A DNA stretch of 64,000 bases from Spirochaetaceae bacterium (GTDB lineage: Bacteria; Myxococcota_A; UBA9160; UBA4427). The notes under the pieces are model-generated. The model saw only the letters and a program-made list of their open reading frames with translations, did not search any database and was not told where the DNA came from. Location of the stretch: assembly GCA_020632655.1 (NCBI GenBank), contig JACKFD010000009.1:6945-70944 (forward strand). Reading direction: 5' to 3'. Both the position numbers and the translations under genes were made by a program. Below are positions 32,357-40,983 of this stretch, in pieces; position 1 is the first letter of the stretch, and each line of letters starts with the position of its first letter.

Positions 32357-33168
32357 AGGGACGAGCCCTCGTCCTCGGCGAGCAGGCGATCCCCGCCGAC
32401 CCGGGCGCTCGCGTGCACGAGTCCGTGATCACGACCCGCGAGGTGTCTGGAGTAGGGATCGTTTCCGGACGAGAGCGGCGACAGCAGCTCGATCTCGAGG
32501 GGGCCACTCCGGGCGAGCACGCGAAGGAAGGGCTGCGCCCCTTCGGCGGTCCGCAGCCGCATGCGCATCGGTTCCGGTCCCGCCCATCCGAAGGCCTCGC
32601 GGAAGAAGCGCAGCGCGCCGTCGAAGTCCCGTGCGACGACGGTCGCGCGGTCGAGGGCGAGGCGCTCGGCGTCGGGAGCCCAGGCGCGCTGGCGGGTCGC
32701 ACCGCCCGCCGCGTCGGCCCGGACGGGCTCGAGCAGCTCGAACATCGCCGGTCCGGTCGGCACGTCGACGAAGGCGATCCGCACGCCGTCGTACTCGTTG
32801 CGGTCGTCGAGCCGGGCTCCGAGCGCGACCAGTCGCGCCAGTGCCGCGTCGCGCTCGCCACAGACGAGTCCGAGATGCTGCGCGCCCCGGCCGTAGCGCG
32901 TCTGATAGGTCGCGATCGCATCGCGACCGGCGTGGACGTGGATCAGCTCCACCTGCACGGAGCCGGCCATGCCGAGGGCGACCTCCGTGCGGCGCGGCCC
33001 GGTCCAATCCCGGTACGACGCCTCCGGCAGATCCGCCGTGAAGCCCTGGAAGGGGCCCCAGCCGAACCGATCGACACATTCCTGCGTCGCCTTCGGCACG
33101 TCGTCCACGACGAAGCAGATCTGGACGGCCTGCAGTCGGCTGCGCGAATCCGGCCTCTCGACGTCCAT
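32254..33168 (-). CDS. Two-domain VOC (glyoxalase/dioxygenase-fold) protein
   Basis: Part of track ORF 32254..33708, with ATG 33168. 'LQAVQICFVVDDVPKATQECVDRFGWGPF', 'VELIHV', 'GAQHLGLV'. The second module is 'LDRATVVARDFDGALRFFREAFGW'. Confidence 0.75.
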   Translation of the reverse strand: MDVERPDSRSRLQAVQICFVVDDVPKATQECVDRFGWGPFQGFTADLPEASYRDWTGPRRTEVALGMAGSVQVELIHVHAGRDAIATYQTRYGRGAQHLGLVCGERDAALARLVALGARLDDRNEYDGVRIAFVDVPTGPAMFELLEPVRADAAGGATRQRAWAPDAERLALDRATVVARDFDGALRFFREAFGWAGPEPMRMRLRTAEGAQPFLRVLARSGPLEIELLSPLSSGNDPYSRHLAGRDHGLVHASARVGGDRLLAEDEGSSLYEWIESGERFRLVDWAGGVGALQLRAEVAARAD

Positions 33169-33517
33169 CGGGTGCGGGCTCCTCCGATCGCGGGATGCTA
33201 TCGGACGCCGATCCGGATCGCGTGCGCGGCGCGATCGCCGACCTGCGGCCGGTCGTGATGGCCGCGACGCACCGCGTTGCACCGATCGGCGTTCGCGCCT
33301 ACTCTCGCGGCTCCATGGTGCTCCCACTCGAGCGCTCACTCGACGTCTCGTCACGTCGGACCGCCAGCGACGCGCGCCCTGCCTGATCGGGTGCGTCGGC
33401 CTCCTCGCCCGCCGTGCGGGTCTCCGGTCGGACCGTTTGCGATCCGCCGTGCGCAAGCACCTCGCGACGGTCGATTCCGCGAGGCGATTCCCAGGAAGCG
33501 AGGTGGCGCCTTCCGTG

Positions 33518-34099
33518 ATGGCTTCGATTCCAGGCCCTGCGCAGGACCTGGCCCCCTCGTGCCGGCGGTCTGCGCCGAGCGCGCGGATCCTCGCGAGCCG
33601 GCGGGCTCGCCTCGTCCTCGCCGGTCTCGTCCTCTCGCTGGTCTCGGCCCGTGGCGCGATGGCCGCGGGGCCGGATGCGGAGGGTGCGGGATCCGACGGG
33701 CCGGCCACGTCGATCGAGCTCTCCGTGTCGCCGAGCGAGTCCGCGGACGGGGTCTACCAGCTCAGCTGGACGGCGTCGGGTCCCGTTCGGATCGAGGAGT
33801 CCACGCAGGCGGACTTTGCGAGCGTGCGCGTGGTCTACGCCGGACGCGATCGCGCCACGACGCTCACGGGCCGTCGCGACGGCCGCTACCACTACCGCGC
33901 GCGAGCGCTCGCGTCGTCTGGAGCGCTCGCCGTCGGGGGTGCGATCTCGGCGCCCGTCTCCGTTCAGGTCTCGCACCATCCGCTCTCCCGTGCGCTGCTC
34001 TTCTTCGGCGTGGGTGGCTTCGTGTTCGTCGCGACGGTCGGGCTGATCGTGGTCGGTGATCGTCGACTCGCACAGGAGCGCTGCGATGACCGTGGCTGA
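33518..34099 (+). CDS. Bitopic membrane protein with an FN3-like extracytoplasmic domain
   Basis: This is the tail of track ORF 32969..34099, with ATG 33518. The N-terminal TM/signal is 'RLVLAGLVLSLVSARGAMA'. 'GVYQLSWTASGPVRIEESTQADFASVRVVYAG.....LTGRRDGRYHYRARAL' is FN3-like. The C-terminal TM is 'ALLFFGVGGFVFVATVGLIVVG'. Confidence 0.5.
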   Translation: MASIPGPAQDLAPSCRRSAPSARILASRRARLVLAGLVLSLVSARGAMAAGPDAEGAGSDGPATSIELSVSPSESADGVYQLSWTASGPVRIEESTQADFASVRVVYAGRDRATTLTGRRDGRYHYRARALASSGALAVGGAISAPVSVQVSHHPLSRALLFFGVGGFVFVATVGLIVVGDRRLAQERCDDRG

Positions 34100-35351
34100 T
34101 GCGAGCGCCTCGCAGCCGGCCGCCCTCGCCGTCGACGAGGGTCGCCTGCTGCACGACCTCGAGGCGCTGTCCTCCATCGGACGTCGCGACGAGGCCGGCA
34201 TCCATCGCCTCGCCTTCAGCGAGGACGACCTCGCGGGTCGCGCCTGGCTCGTCGATCGCATCGAGGCGGCGGGGCTCGAGGCGCGGATCGACGGGGCGGC
34301 GAATCTCGGCGCGCGCTGGCCCGCCGACGACGAGCGGCCGCCGATCATGACGGGCTCCCATCTCGACACGGTGCCCGGCGCGGGCTGGCTCGACGGCGCG
34401 CTCGGCGTCGTCGCCGGCCTCGAGGTGCTGCGCGTGCTCCGCGAGCACGACATATCACTCGCGCGACCGGTCGAGCTCGTGGCGTTCAGCGACGAAGAGG
34501 GGCGCTTCGGCGGCATGCTCGGGTCCCAGGCGATGAGCGGCCAGCTCACGCCGGAATTCCTCGAGCGCGCGGTCGACCTCGAGGGGCGTCGGCTCGCGGA
34601 CGCGATGGCGGCCTGCGGCTTCCGGGCCCTCGACGCGCTGCGTGCGGAGCGGGAGCCTGGCTCGGTCGAGGCCTTCGTCGAGCTGCACATCGAGCAGGGC
34701 CCCGTGCTCGAGAGCGCCGGGCGATCGATCGGGCTGGTCGACGGGATCACGGGCCTGTTCCGCTGGGACGCCCGATTCGTGGGCGAGCCGAATCACGCCG
34801 GTACGACGCCGATGGAGCTCCGTCGCGACGCCTTCCAGGCCCTGGCCGAGGCCTCGCTCGGCATCCCGCAGGTCCTCGCGGAGCACGGCAGCGCGCGCAG
34901 CCGCGCCACGATCGGGCGTGTGCAGCTCGTCCCCGGCGCCGCGAACGTCGTACCTGGTGAGGCGCTCTTCTCGCTCGAGGTCCGCGACACCGATCCCGCC
35001 GTGCTGCTCGCACTCTCCGACGCCTTCCGTCGCCAGCTCGCCGAGATCGCCCGCCGAAGGCGACTCGCCTTCGATTTCGAGACCAAGAGCGAGCTCGCCC
35101 CCGTGGCCTGTCACGACCGCGTCCAGTCGGCGATCGAGCGGGCCTGCCGACGGCTCGAGATCGATCCCCTGCGCATGCCGAGCGGCGCCGCCCACGACAC
35201 GCAGATGCTCGCCCGCCTCGCGCCGGCCGGCATGATCTTCGTGCCGAGTCGTGGGGGTCGGAGCCACTCCCCGGCCGAATGGACCTCGCCCGCGGACCTC
35301 GTCCGCGGGGCCAACGTCCTCCTTCACACGATGCTGGAGCTCGCCCGATGA
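34086..35351 (+). CDS. M20-family Zn-dependent amidohydrolase of the allantoate amidohydrolase / N-carbamoyl-amino-acid (beta-ureidopropionase-type) group
   Basis: Track ORF 34056..35351, with ATG 34086. Motifs: 'GIHRLAFS..D...R.WL...IE.AGLE..ID.AANL', 'MTGSHLDTVPGAGWLDGALGVVAGLEVLR', 'VAFSDEEGRFGG', 'PSGAAHDTQ'. Confidence 0.88.
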   Translation: MTVADASASQPAALAVDEGRLLHDLEALSSIGRRDEAGIHRLAFSEDDLAGRAWLVDRIEAAGLEARIDGAANLGARWPADDERPPIMTGSHLDTVPGAGWLDGALGVVAGLEVLRVLREHDISLARPVELVAFSDEEGRFGGMLGSQAMSGQLTPEFLERAVDLEGRRLADAMAACGFRALDALRAEREPGSVEAFVELHIEQGPVLESAGRSIGLVDGITGLFRWDARFVGEPNHAGTTPMELRRDAFQALAEASLGIPQVLAEHGSARSRATIGRVQLVPGAANVVPGEALFSLEVRDTDPAVLLALSDAFRRQLAEIARRRRLAFDFETKSELAPVACHDRVQSAIERACRRLEIDPLRMPSGAAHDTQMLARLAPAGMIFVPSRGGRSHSPAEWTSPADLVRGANVLLHTMLELAR

Positions 35352-36148
35352 GTGGTGCCGAACCGAAGTCTTCCACCGCCCCGGACGCGCCCGCTCCGGT
35401 GCTCGAGCCGCCCGTCCAGGTGGAGCACCCGGAGTTCCTGAACGTCGATCCGCTCCGGGACAGCTACCGCGCCGCCTTCACCGAGGCCCCCGCGCTCAAG
35501 CGTTCGCTGCTGCATGCACACACGGCGCTGCTCTGCATCGACATGCAGTACCTCGACGCCGTTCGGGGTTACGGCGTGTTCGCGAACGCCGAGGTCTCGG
35601 GCGTGCCGCTCGAAGCGCAGGAGTACTACTTCGATCGCCTCGAGCAGGTCGTTCTGCCCAACGTGCGGCATCTCCAGGACGCCTTCCGCGAGGCCGGGCT
35701 CGAGGTCATCCACACGCGCATCCAGTCGCTGACCCGGGACGGCCGCGATCGCAGCCCCGGCCACAAGCGCCTCGGGCTGCACGCCGCCCCCGGCTCGAAG
35801 GAGGCGCAATTCGTCGAGCTGGTCGCCCCCGAGCCCGACGAGATCGTCGTCGACAAGACGGCCTCGGGCGTCTTCAACTCGACGAACCTGACCTACGTGC
35901 TCCGCAACCTCGGCATCACGGCGCTCTTCGTGACCGGGGTCTACTCGAACGAGTGCGTGTCGACGGCGATTCGCGACGCCTGCGATCTGGGCTTCTACGT
36001 CACGCTGATCTCGGACGGCTGCGCGACGGTCACACCGGAGCTGCAGCAGGCCACGCTCACGACCATGAAGGACCGCTACGCCCGCGTGATCACGGCGGCG
36101 GAGGCGATCGAGGAGGTCCGCGCGGTGACGAGCATCGACCATGGATGA
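35348..36148 (+). CDS. Isochorismatase-family cysteine hydrolase (amidase-type) with an N-terminal extension
   Basis: Track ORF 35279..36148. ATG 35348 overlaps the upstream stop (ATGA). D-K-C triad contexts are present: 'ALLCIDMQ', 'VVDKTASGVFNSTNL', 'LFVTGVYSNECVSTAIRDA'. Confidence 0.85.
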   Translation: MSGAEPKSSTAPDAPAPVLEPPVQVEHPEFLNVDPLRDSYRAAFTEAPALKRSLLHAHTALLCIDMQYLDAVRGYGVFANAEVSGVPLEAQEYYFDRLEQVVLPNVRHLQDAFREAGLEVIHTRIQSLTRDGRDRSPGHKRLGLHAAPGSKEAQFVELVAPEPDEIVVDKTASGVFNSTNLTYVLRNLGITALFVTGVYSNECVSTAIRDACDLGFYVTLISDGCATVTPELQQATLTTMKDRYARVITAAEAIEEVRAVTSIDHG

Positions 36149-37601
36149 GGTGCGGACGGCGATCCTCGACCCGATGATCGGCTGGATCGTGCTCGCCGCG
36201 TTCAGCGTGCTCTGGATCCTGCTCGGCTGGTGGTTCGGTCGGGACTCGGAGGATCTCGAGGGCTTCATGCTGGCGGGGCGCCGGGTGGGGCTCGCTCTGG
36301 GCGTGGCGACGGCGATGGCGACCTGGGTCACGAGCAATACGACGATGGCCGCGCCACAGCTCGCCCTGCAGCTCGGGCTCTGGGGCATGATCGGCTACTC
36401 GCTCGGTGCGGTCGGACTCATCCTCTTCGCCCCGCTCGCGCGGCGCATCCGCAGTCTGATGCCGGGGGGATTCACGAGCGGTGACTTCGTCCGACTCCGC
36501 TACGGGACGACTGCCTGGCGCGTCTTCCTCGGCATCTCGCTCTTCTACGCCCTGGGCTGGCTGATCTCGATGGGAACGGCCGGCGGCGTGCTGATCCACG
36601 CACTGACCGGGATCGACTACCGGCTCGGCATGACGGTCATCCTCGCGATCTGCGTCGCGTACACGCTCCTCGGTGGGCTGCGCGCCGTGATCGGAACGGA
36701 CTTCCTGCAGACCGTGATCATCCTCGTCGGCGTGGTCGTGCTCGCCTGGCTGGCGATCCGTCGCGTCGGCTTCGAGCCGATGCACGCGGCCGTTCTCGCG
36801 GAGCGACCGGCGCTGCTCGACCTGCTCTTTCCCGCGGCGATCATGTTCCTCTTCAACAACCTGCTCTTCGGCATCGGCGAGATCTTCCACTCGAACGTCT
36901 GGTGGAGCCGGGCCTTCGCATTCCGGGAGGGCGTGGGCCTGCCGGCCTACCTGATCGCGGGGCTGCTCTGGATCCCGATCCCGGTCGTGGCGGGCTTCGT
37001 GGCCCTCGGCGTGCCGGCGCTCGCGCTGAACGTGCCCTCCGCCGACATGGTCGGACCGATGGTGGCGGCGGAGCTGCTCGGCCAGAGCGGCGCGGTGCTG
37101 GTCTTCGTGGTCGTGTTCGCGGCGCTCGCGTCGAGCCTCGATTCGCTGCTGGCCGCGACCTCGGATCTCGTCCTCACGGACCTCTATCGCGGCCATCTGC
37201 GGCCCGATGCGACGGCGGCGGAGCTGGCCCGCGCGGCGCGCTGGATCGTGCTGGGACTCGGGCTGCTGACCTGGCTGCTCTGTCTGCCGCGGGTCGCGAC
37301 CCTGGCCGCCCTGCTGCACTTCACGGGGGCCTTCGTCGCGAGCACGATCTGGCCGATCGCGGCCGGTCTCTACTGGCGGAACGCGAGCTCGCAGGGAGCC
37401 GTGCTCGGGATGCTCCTCGGCACGGCGAGCGGACTCCTCGCCTATCACGTGATCGGCTTCTACGTCGCGGCGCTGGTGTCGGCGGCGGTCTCGATGGCCG
37501 TCGTGCTGATCGCGACACGCATTGCGCCCGATCGATTCGAGTGGCACGAACTGGCGACGTCATCGGTCGCGGCCGGGCGTTCGGAAGGAGGATCCACATG
37601 A
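36141..37601 (+). CDS. Sodium:solute symporter (SSS) family transporter
   Basis: About 13 TM segments. 'LEGFMLAGRRVGLALGVATAMATWVTSNTTM' is the SSS N-terminal signature. The start overlaps the upstream stop by 8 nt. Confidence 0.9.
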   Translation: MDEVRTAILDPMIGWIVLAAFSVLWILLGWWFGRDSEDLEGFMLAGRRVGLALGVATAMATWVTSNTTMAAPQLALQLGLWGMIGYSLGAVGLILFAPLARRIRSLMPGGFTSGDFVRLRYGTTAWRVFLGISLFYALGWLISMGTAGGVLIHALTGIDYRLGMTVILAICVAYTLLGGLRAVIGTDFLQTVIILVGVVVLAWLAIRRVGFEPMHAAVLAERPALLDLLFPAAIMFLFNNLLFGIGEIFHSNVWWSRAFAFREGVGLPAYLIAGLLWIPIPVVAGFVALGVPALALNVPSADMVGPMVAAELLGQSGAVLVFVVVFAALASSLDSLLAATSDLVLTDLYRGHLRPDATAAELARAARWIVLGLGLLTWLLCLPRVATLAALLHFTGAFVASTIWPIAAGLYWRNASSQGAVLGMLLGTASGLLAYHVIGFYVAALVSAAVSMAVVLIATRIAPDRFEWHELATSSVAAGRSEGGST

Positions 37602-37720
37602 TCGCCTCGATCGGCTTCCTCGAGGTCCTCGTGACGGGCGCGACGATCGTGGCGACGGCCTCGCCGATCGTGCTGCTCGGGCTCTGGGTGCGCGATGCGC
37701 TCCGGGGAGACCTCTGGTGA
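37598..37720 (+). CDS. 40-aa single-TM peptide, symporter small accessory protein type
   Basis: 'MIASIGFLEVLVTGATIVATASPIVLLGLWVRDALRGDLW'. The ATG follows GGAAGGAGGA and overlaps the SSS stop (ATGA). It is visible only as the tail of track ORF 36902..37720. Confidence 0.6.
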   Translation: MIASIGFLEVLVTGATIVATASPIVLLGLWVRDALRGDLW

Positions 37721-38775
37721 GCGTCGACTCGCGCAAGCTCCTCGCACGACCGCTCCAGGACGAGCCGTCTCTCGACGTCCAGGGATTCGACCGACCGCGG
37801 GCCTTCATGGACCGCGTGGCGGAGGACCTCGCTCCGCTGCTCGAGATCGCCAACCGCCCCGTGCTCACTGCCCGCCAGTTCGGCCGCGATCAGCTCGTAC
37901 AGCTCTGTCGCCTGGCGGCCCGCTACGAGACGCAGCCGAGCGTCATCAACCGCCCGCTCACGGGCAAGATCCTGATCAGCGCGTTCTACGAGCCGAGCAC
38001 GCGGACGCGGCTCTCCTTCGAGAGCGCATGGCATCGCCTGGGCGGCGACGTCATGTCGATCACGGATCCCCTCTCGACCGGCCTCGCGAAGGGCGAGTCG
38101 CTCTTCGACATCGGCGAGATGCTGAACCACTACGGCGACGTGGTCGTCCTGCGCGACAGCGACGAGCGCTCCGTGTACGAGATGCTCGAGGCCCTGCGCA
38201 TCCCGATCGTGAACGCCGGAAACGGTCTCGACGAGCATCCGACCCAGGCCCTCGCCGACGTCTACGCGCTGCTGAAGTGGCGTCCCTCCCTCGTCGATGG
38301 CCACTCGGACGAGTCGCCGGCGAGGATCGGGGTCGTCGGCGTACCCGGGCGGATGCGCACGATCCGGAGCCTCTTGATCCTGCTCTCCCGCTTCGCCCCG
38401 GGGCTCGCCGAGATCGTGATCGTGACCGACGAGCGCGAGCCCTTCGAGCCGGATCAGCGCGAGGAGCTCGAGGAGGCGGGCCTGCGCATCGAGGTCGTCG
38501 ACGATCTCGACGTCGTCCTGCCCACCCTCGACGTCGTCTACATCAACTCGATCGCCTGGAAGCACGGGGACTACGAGTCGCTGGGCGCGCGCTACCGCTT
38601 GAGCGAACAGTCCCCCTTCAAGCCGGGTGCGATCGTGCTGCATCCCCTGGCGCGCGGCGGCGAGCTCGATCGCAGCATCGATGCCACGGCCCACAACTGG
38701 TACTTCGCCCAGGCACGCGGTGCCGTGTTCATCCGCATGGCGTTGCTCTCGGCCCTGTCCAAGACCTACGCCTGA
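37717..38775 (+). CDS. Aspartate/ornithine carbamoyltransferase-family protein (ATCase-like, atypical motifs, N-terminal extension)
   Basis: Part of track ORF 37522..38775. GTG 37717 overlaps the upstream stop (GTGA). Motifs: 'FYEPSTRTRLSFE' (STRTR), 'DEHPTQALAD' (HPTQ), 'GRMRTIRSL' (canonical PyrB has GRTVHSL), 'VLHPLARG' (canonical HPLPR). Confidence 0.8.
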   Translation: MSVDSRKLLARPLQDEPSLDVQGFDRPRAFMDRVAEDLAPLLEIANRPVLTARQFGRDQLVQLCRLAARYETQPSVINRPLTGKILISAFYEPSTRTRLSFESAWHRLGGDVMSITDPLSTGLAKGESLFDIGEMLNHYGDVVVLRDSDERSVYEMLEALRIPIVNAGNGLDEHPTQALADVYALLKWRPSLVDGHSDESPARIGVVGVPGRMRTIRSLLILLSRFAPGLAEIVIVTDEREPFEPDQREELEEAGLRIEVVDDLDVVLPTLDVVYINSIAWKHGDYESLGARYRLSEQSPFKPGAIVLHPLARGGELDRSIDATAHNWYFAQARGAVFIRMALLSALSKTYA

Positions 38776-38859
38776 GCCACCCCGCGCACGACCACCTCGA
38801 GTGGCTCGTCGCGCGGCTCGCCCCCCTCGCCCCCCATCCACGAACGGAGGATCCCGACC

Positions 38860-40887
38860 TTGTGTGGCATCGCCGGCGTATTCCACGCGGACCGCGACAG
38901 GCCGATCGACCCGGAGACCCTGGTCGCGATGGCCGCGATCCAGCATCACCGCGGTCCCGACGGCTTCGGCTGGCAGGCCTTCGACGGGATCGGCATGAGC
39001 CACGCGCGCTTGTCGATCATCGACCTCGACGCGAATCGAGGCCGACAGCCTTTCGTGAGCGCGGACCGTCGTTTCCTGCTCGCCCAGAACGGCGAGTTCT
39101 ACGACTACCAGCGCATCCGTGCCGAGCTCGTGGCGCGCGGCGCCCGATTCGCGACCAGGAGCGACTCGGAGATCCTGCTCCATCTCGCGCCTCGCCTCGG
39201 GGTCGAAGAGAGCCTGCCCCATCTGCGCGGCGAGTTCGCCTTCGCCCTCTACGATCGGGATGCCGACGAGCTCTCGCTCGTTCGGGACCGCTTCGGGATC
39301 AAGCCGCTCTACTACGTCGTCGTCGGCGACCGGCTCGTCTTCGGATCCGAGCTGAAGGTGCTCTTCGCGCATCCCGACGTGCCGCGTCGTTTCGATCCGG
39401 CCGGGCTCTTCCATCAGCTCATGCAGACCATCGTGCCCGGCACCACGGCCTTCGCCGGCATCCGTCAGGTGCCGCCGGGACACGTCGTACGGGTGCGACG
39501 TCGGGACGGCCGGCTGCAGGTCGAGGAGCGACGCTACTGGGACATCGACTTTCCCGAGGCGGGGGGGCACGCGGCCACGACCGATGCGGAGGCCGTCGAC
39601 GTCGTGCGCAGCGGCCTGCTCGAGGCGGTGCAGCTGCGGCTCGAGGCCGACGTCCCCGTCGGTTGCTACCTCTCGGGCGGGATCGACTCCTGCTCGATCC
39701 TCGGCCTGGCATCGGCGGTCCGCCAGGGGCCCGTGAAGGCGTTCACGATCGGCTTTGACAATGCCGACTACGACGAGACACCGATCGCCCGGGAGATGGC
39801 GCGATCGGTCGACGCGGATCAGGACGTCCTGCGGCTCGATGCGACGCATCTCTACGATCATTTCGAGGAGACGCTCTGGCATACCGAGCGCACGATCTAC
39901 AACACCCTCGCCGTGGCGAAGCTCCTGATGAGTCGCCACGTCCGGGACGCGCACTACAAGGTCGTCGTCACGGGCGAGGGATCCGACGAGCTCTTCGCCG
40001 GCTACCCGGCCTTCCGCAACGATCTCTTCCTGCACGGCGCCGACGAGCTGCCCGCATCCGATCGCGAGGAGTGGGCTCGCGCGCTCCACGATCAGAACGC
40101 GCTGTTCAAGGGGGCCATGCTCGCCGAGGCGGAGATCGTCGATCCGGCGCTCACCTCGCGTGTCGGGTTCACCCCCGCCTGCCTGCAGCCCTGGCTGGCC
40201 GCCGCGCGACACGTGCCGGGACTGCTCCATCCGGACGTCGCCCGGGAGCTCACGGGCTACGACCCCGGCGCGGCCATCGCCGAGGCCCTCGATGCGTCGG
40301 CTCTCGCGAAGCGCCATCCGCTCGATCGGGCGCAGTACGTCTGGATCAAGACGATGCTCGAGGGGCAGATCCTGACCTGGGGCGGGGATCGCGTGGACAT
40401 GGCGAACTCGATGGAGGCGCGCCCGGCCTTCCTCGACCACCACCTCGCGGAGCGGGCGGCGACCCTGCCGCCCTCCGTGCGCATCCGGGGGCGCACGGAG
40501 AAGTGGGTGCTGCGGGAGGCGATGAAGGGCCTGCTGCCGCGGGTGCTCTACGAGCGCGAGAAGTTCGCGTTCATGGCTCCGCCGGCGCATACCGACCCGC
40601 ATAAGTGGGCGGCCATGCGCGGTCTGGCCGAGCGACACCTCTCGCCGGAGGCGATCGCATCCGCGGGCCTGCTCTCCGTCGACGGGGTCGACGCCCTCTT
40701 CGCGCTGCACGATGCGCCCGACACGACGGATGCGACGCGCAACACCCTCGATGCCGTCTTCAATCACATGATCGGCGTGCAGGTGCTGCACGCGCATTTC
40801 GTGGCGGCCGACGTGCCCGCGCTGGCCCGTGCCCGGGCTCGCGAGCTCGGCTGGTCGGCGGCGGGGGCCGAGCCCGCTCGAGCGTGA
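38860..40887 (+). CDS. Asparagine synthetase B-family glutamine amidotransferase (AsnB-like, 675 aa)
   Basis: TTG start after ACGGAGGA, giving 'MCGIAGVF' (Ntn catalytic Cys2). Other motifs: 'RLSIIDL', 'LAQNGEFYDY', and the PP-loop 'VGCYLSGGIDSCSI'. Confidence 0.9.
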   Translation: MCGIAGVFHADRDRPIDPETLVAMAAIQHHRGPDGFGWQAFDGIGMSHARLSIIDLDANRGRQPFVSADRRFLLAQNGEFYDYQRIRAELVARGARFATRSDSEILLHLAPRLGVEESLPHLRGEFAFALYDRDADELSLVRDRFGIKPLYYVVVGDRLVFGSELKVLFAHPDVPRRFDPAGLFHQLMQTIVPGTTAFAGIRQVPPGHVVRVRRRDGRLQVEERRYWDIDFPEAGGHAATTDAEAVDVVRSGLLEAVQLRLEADVPVGCYLSGGIDSCSILGLASAVRQGPVKAFTIGFDNADYDETPIAREMARSVDADQDVLRLDATHLYDHFEETLWHTERTIYNTLAVAKLLMSRHVRDAHYKVVVTGEGSDELFAGYPAFRNDLFLHGADELPASDREEWARALHDQNALFKGAMLAEAEIVDPALTSRVGFTPACLQPWLAAARHVPGLLHPDVARELTGYDPGAAIAEALDASALAKRHPLDRAQYVWIKTMLEGQILTWGGDRVDMANSMEARPAFLDHHLAERAATLPPSVRIRGRTEKWVLREAMKGLLPRVLYEREKFAFMAPPAHTDPHKWAAMRGLAERHLSPEAIASAGLLSVDGVDALFALHDAPDTTDATRNTLDAVFNHMIGVQVLHAHFVAADVPALARARARELGWSAAGAEPARA

Positions 40888-40983
40888 TTCGCGTTCGGCG
40901 CATGCGGCCCGCGTGCGCCGGGTGCCCTATCGTGCCGGAAGGCCAGGCGTCGGATCCGACGGTCTTGTGCACGGGAGCGTCGC

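Noticed and set aside
37321-40797. 1158-aa minus-strand ORF, the longest in the track
   Set aside because: It is antisense to the ATCase-like and AsnB-like genes, whose catalytic motifs (STRTR, HPTQ, MCGI, SGGIDS) are unambiguous. The same reasoning rejects 40927..43323 (-), 43602..46679 (-), 20289..22307 (+), 49871..51946 (+), 56291..57727 (-) and 33299..34750 (-).
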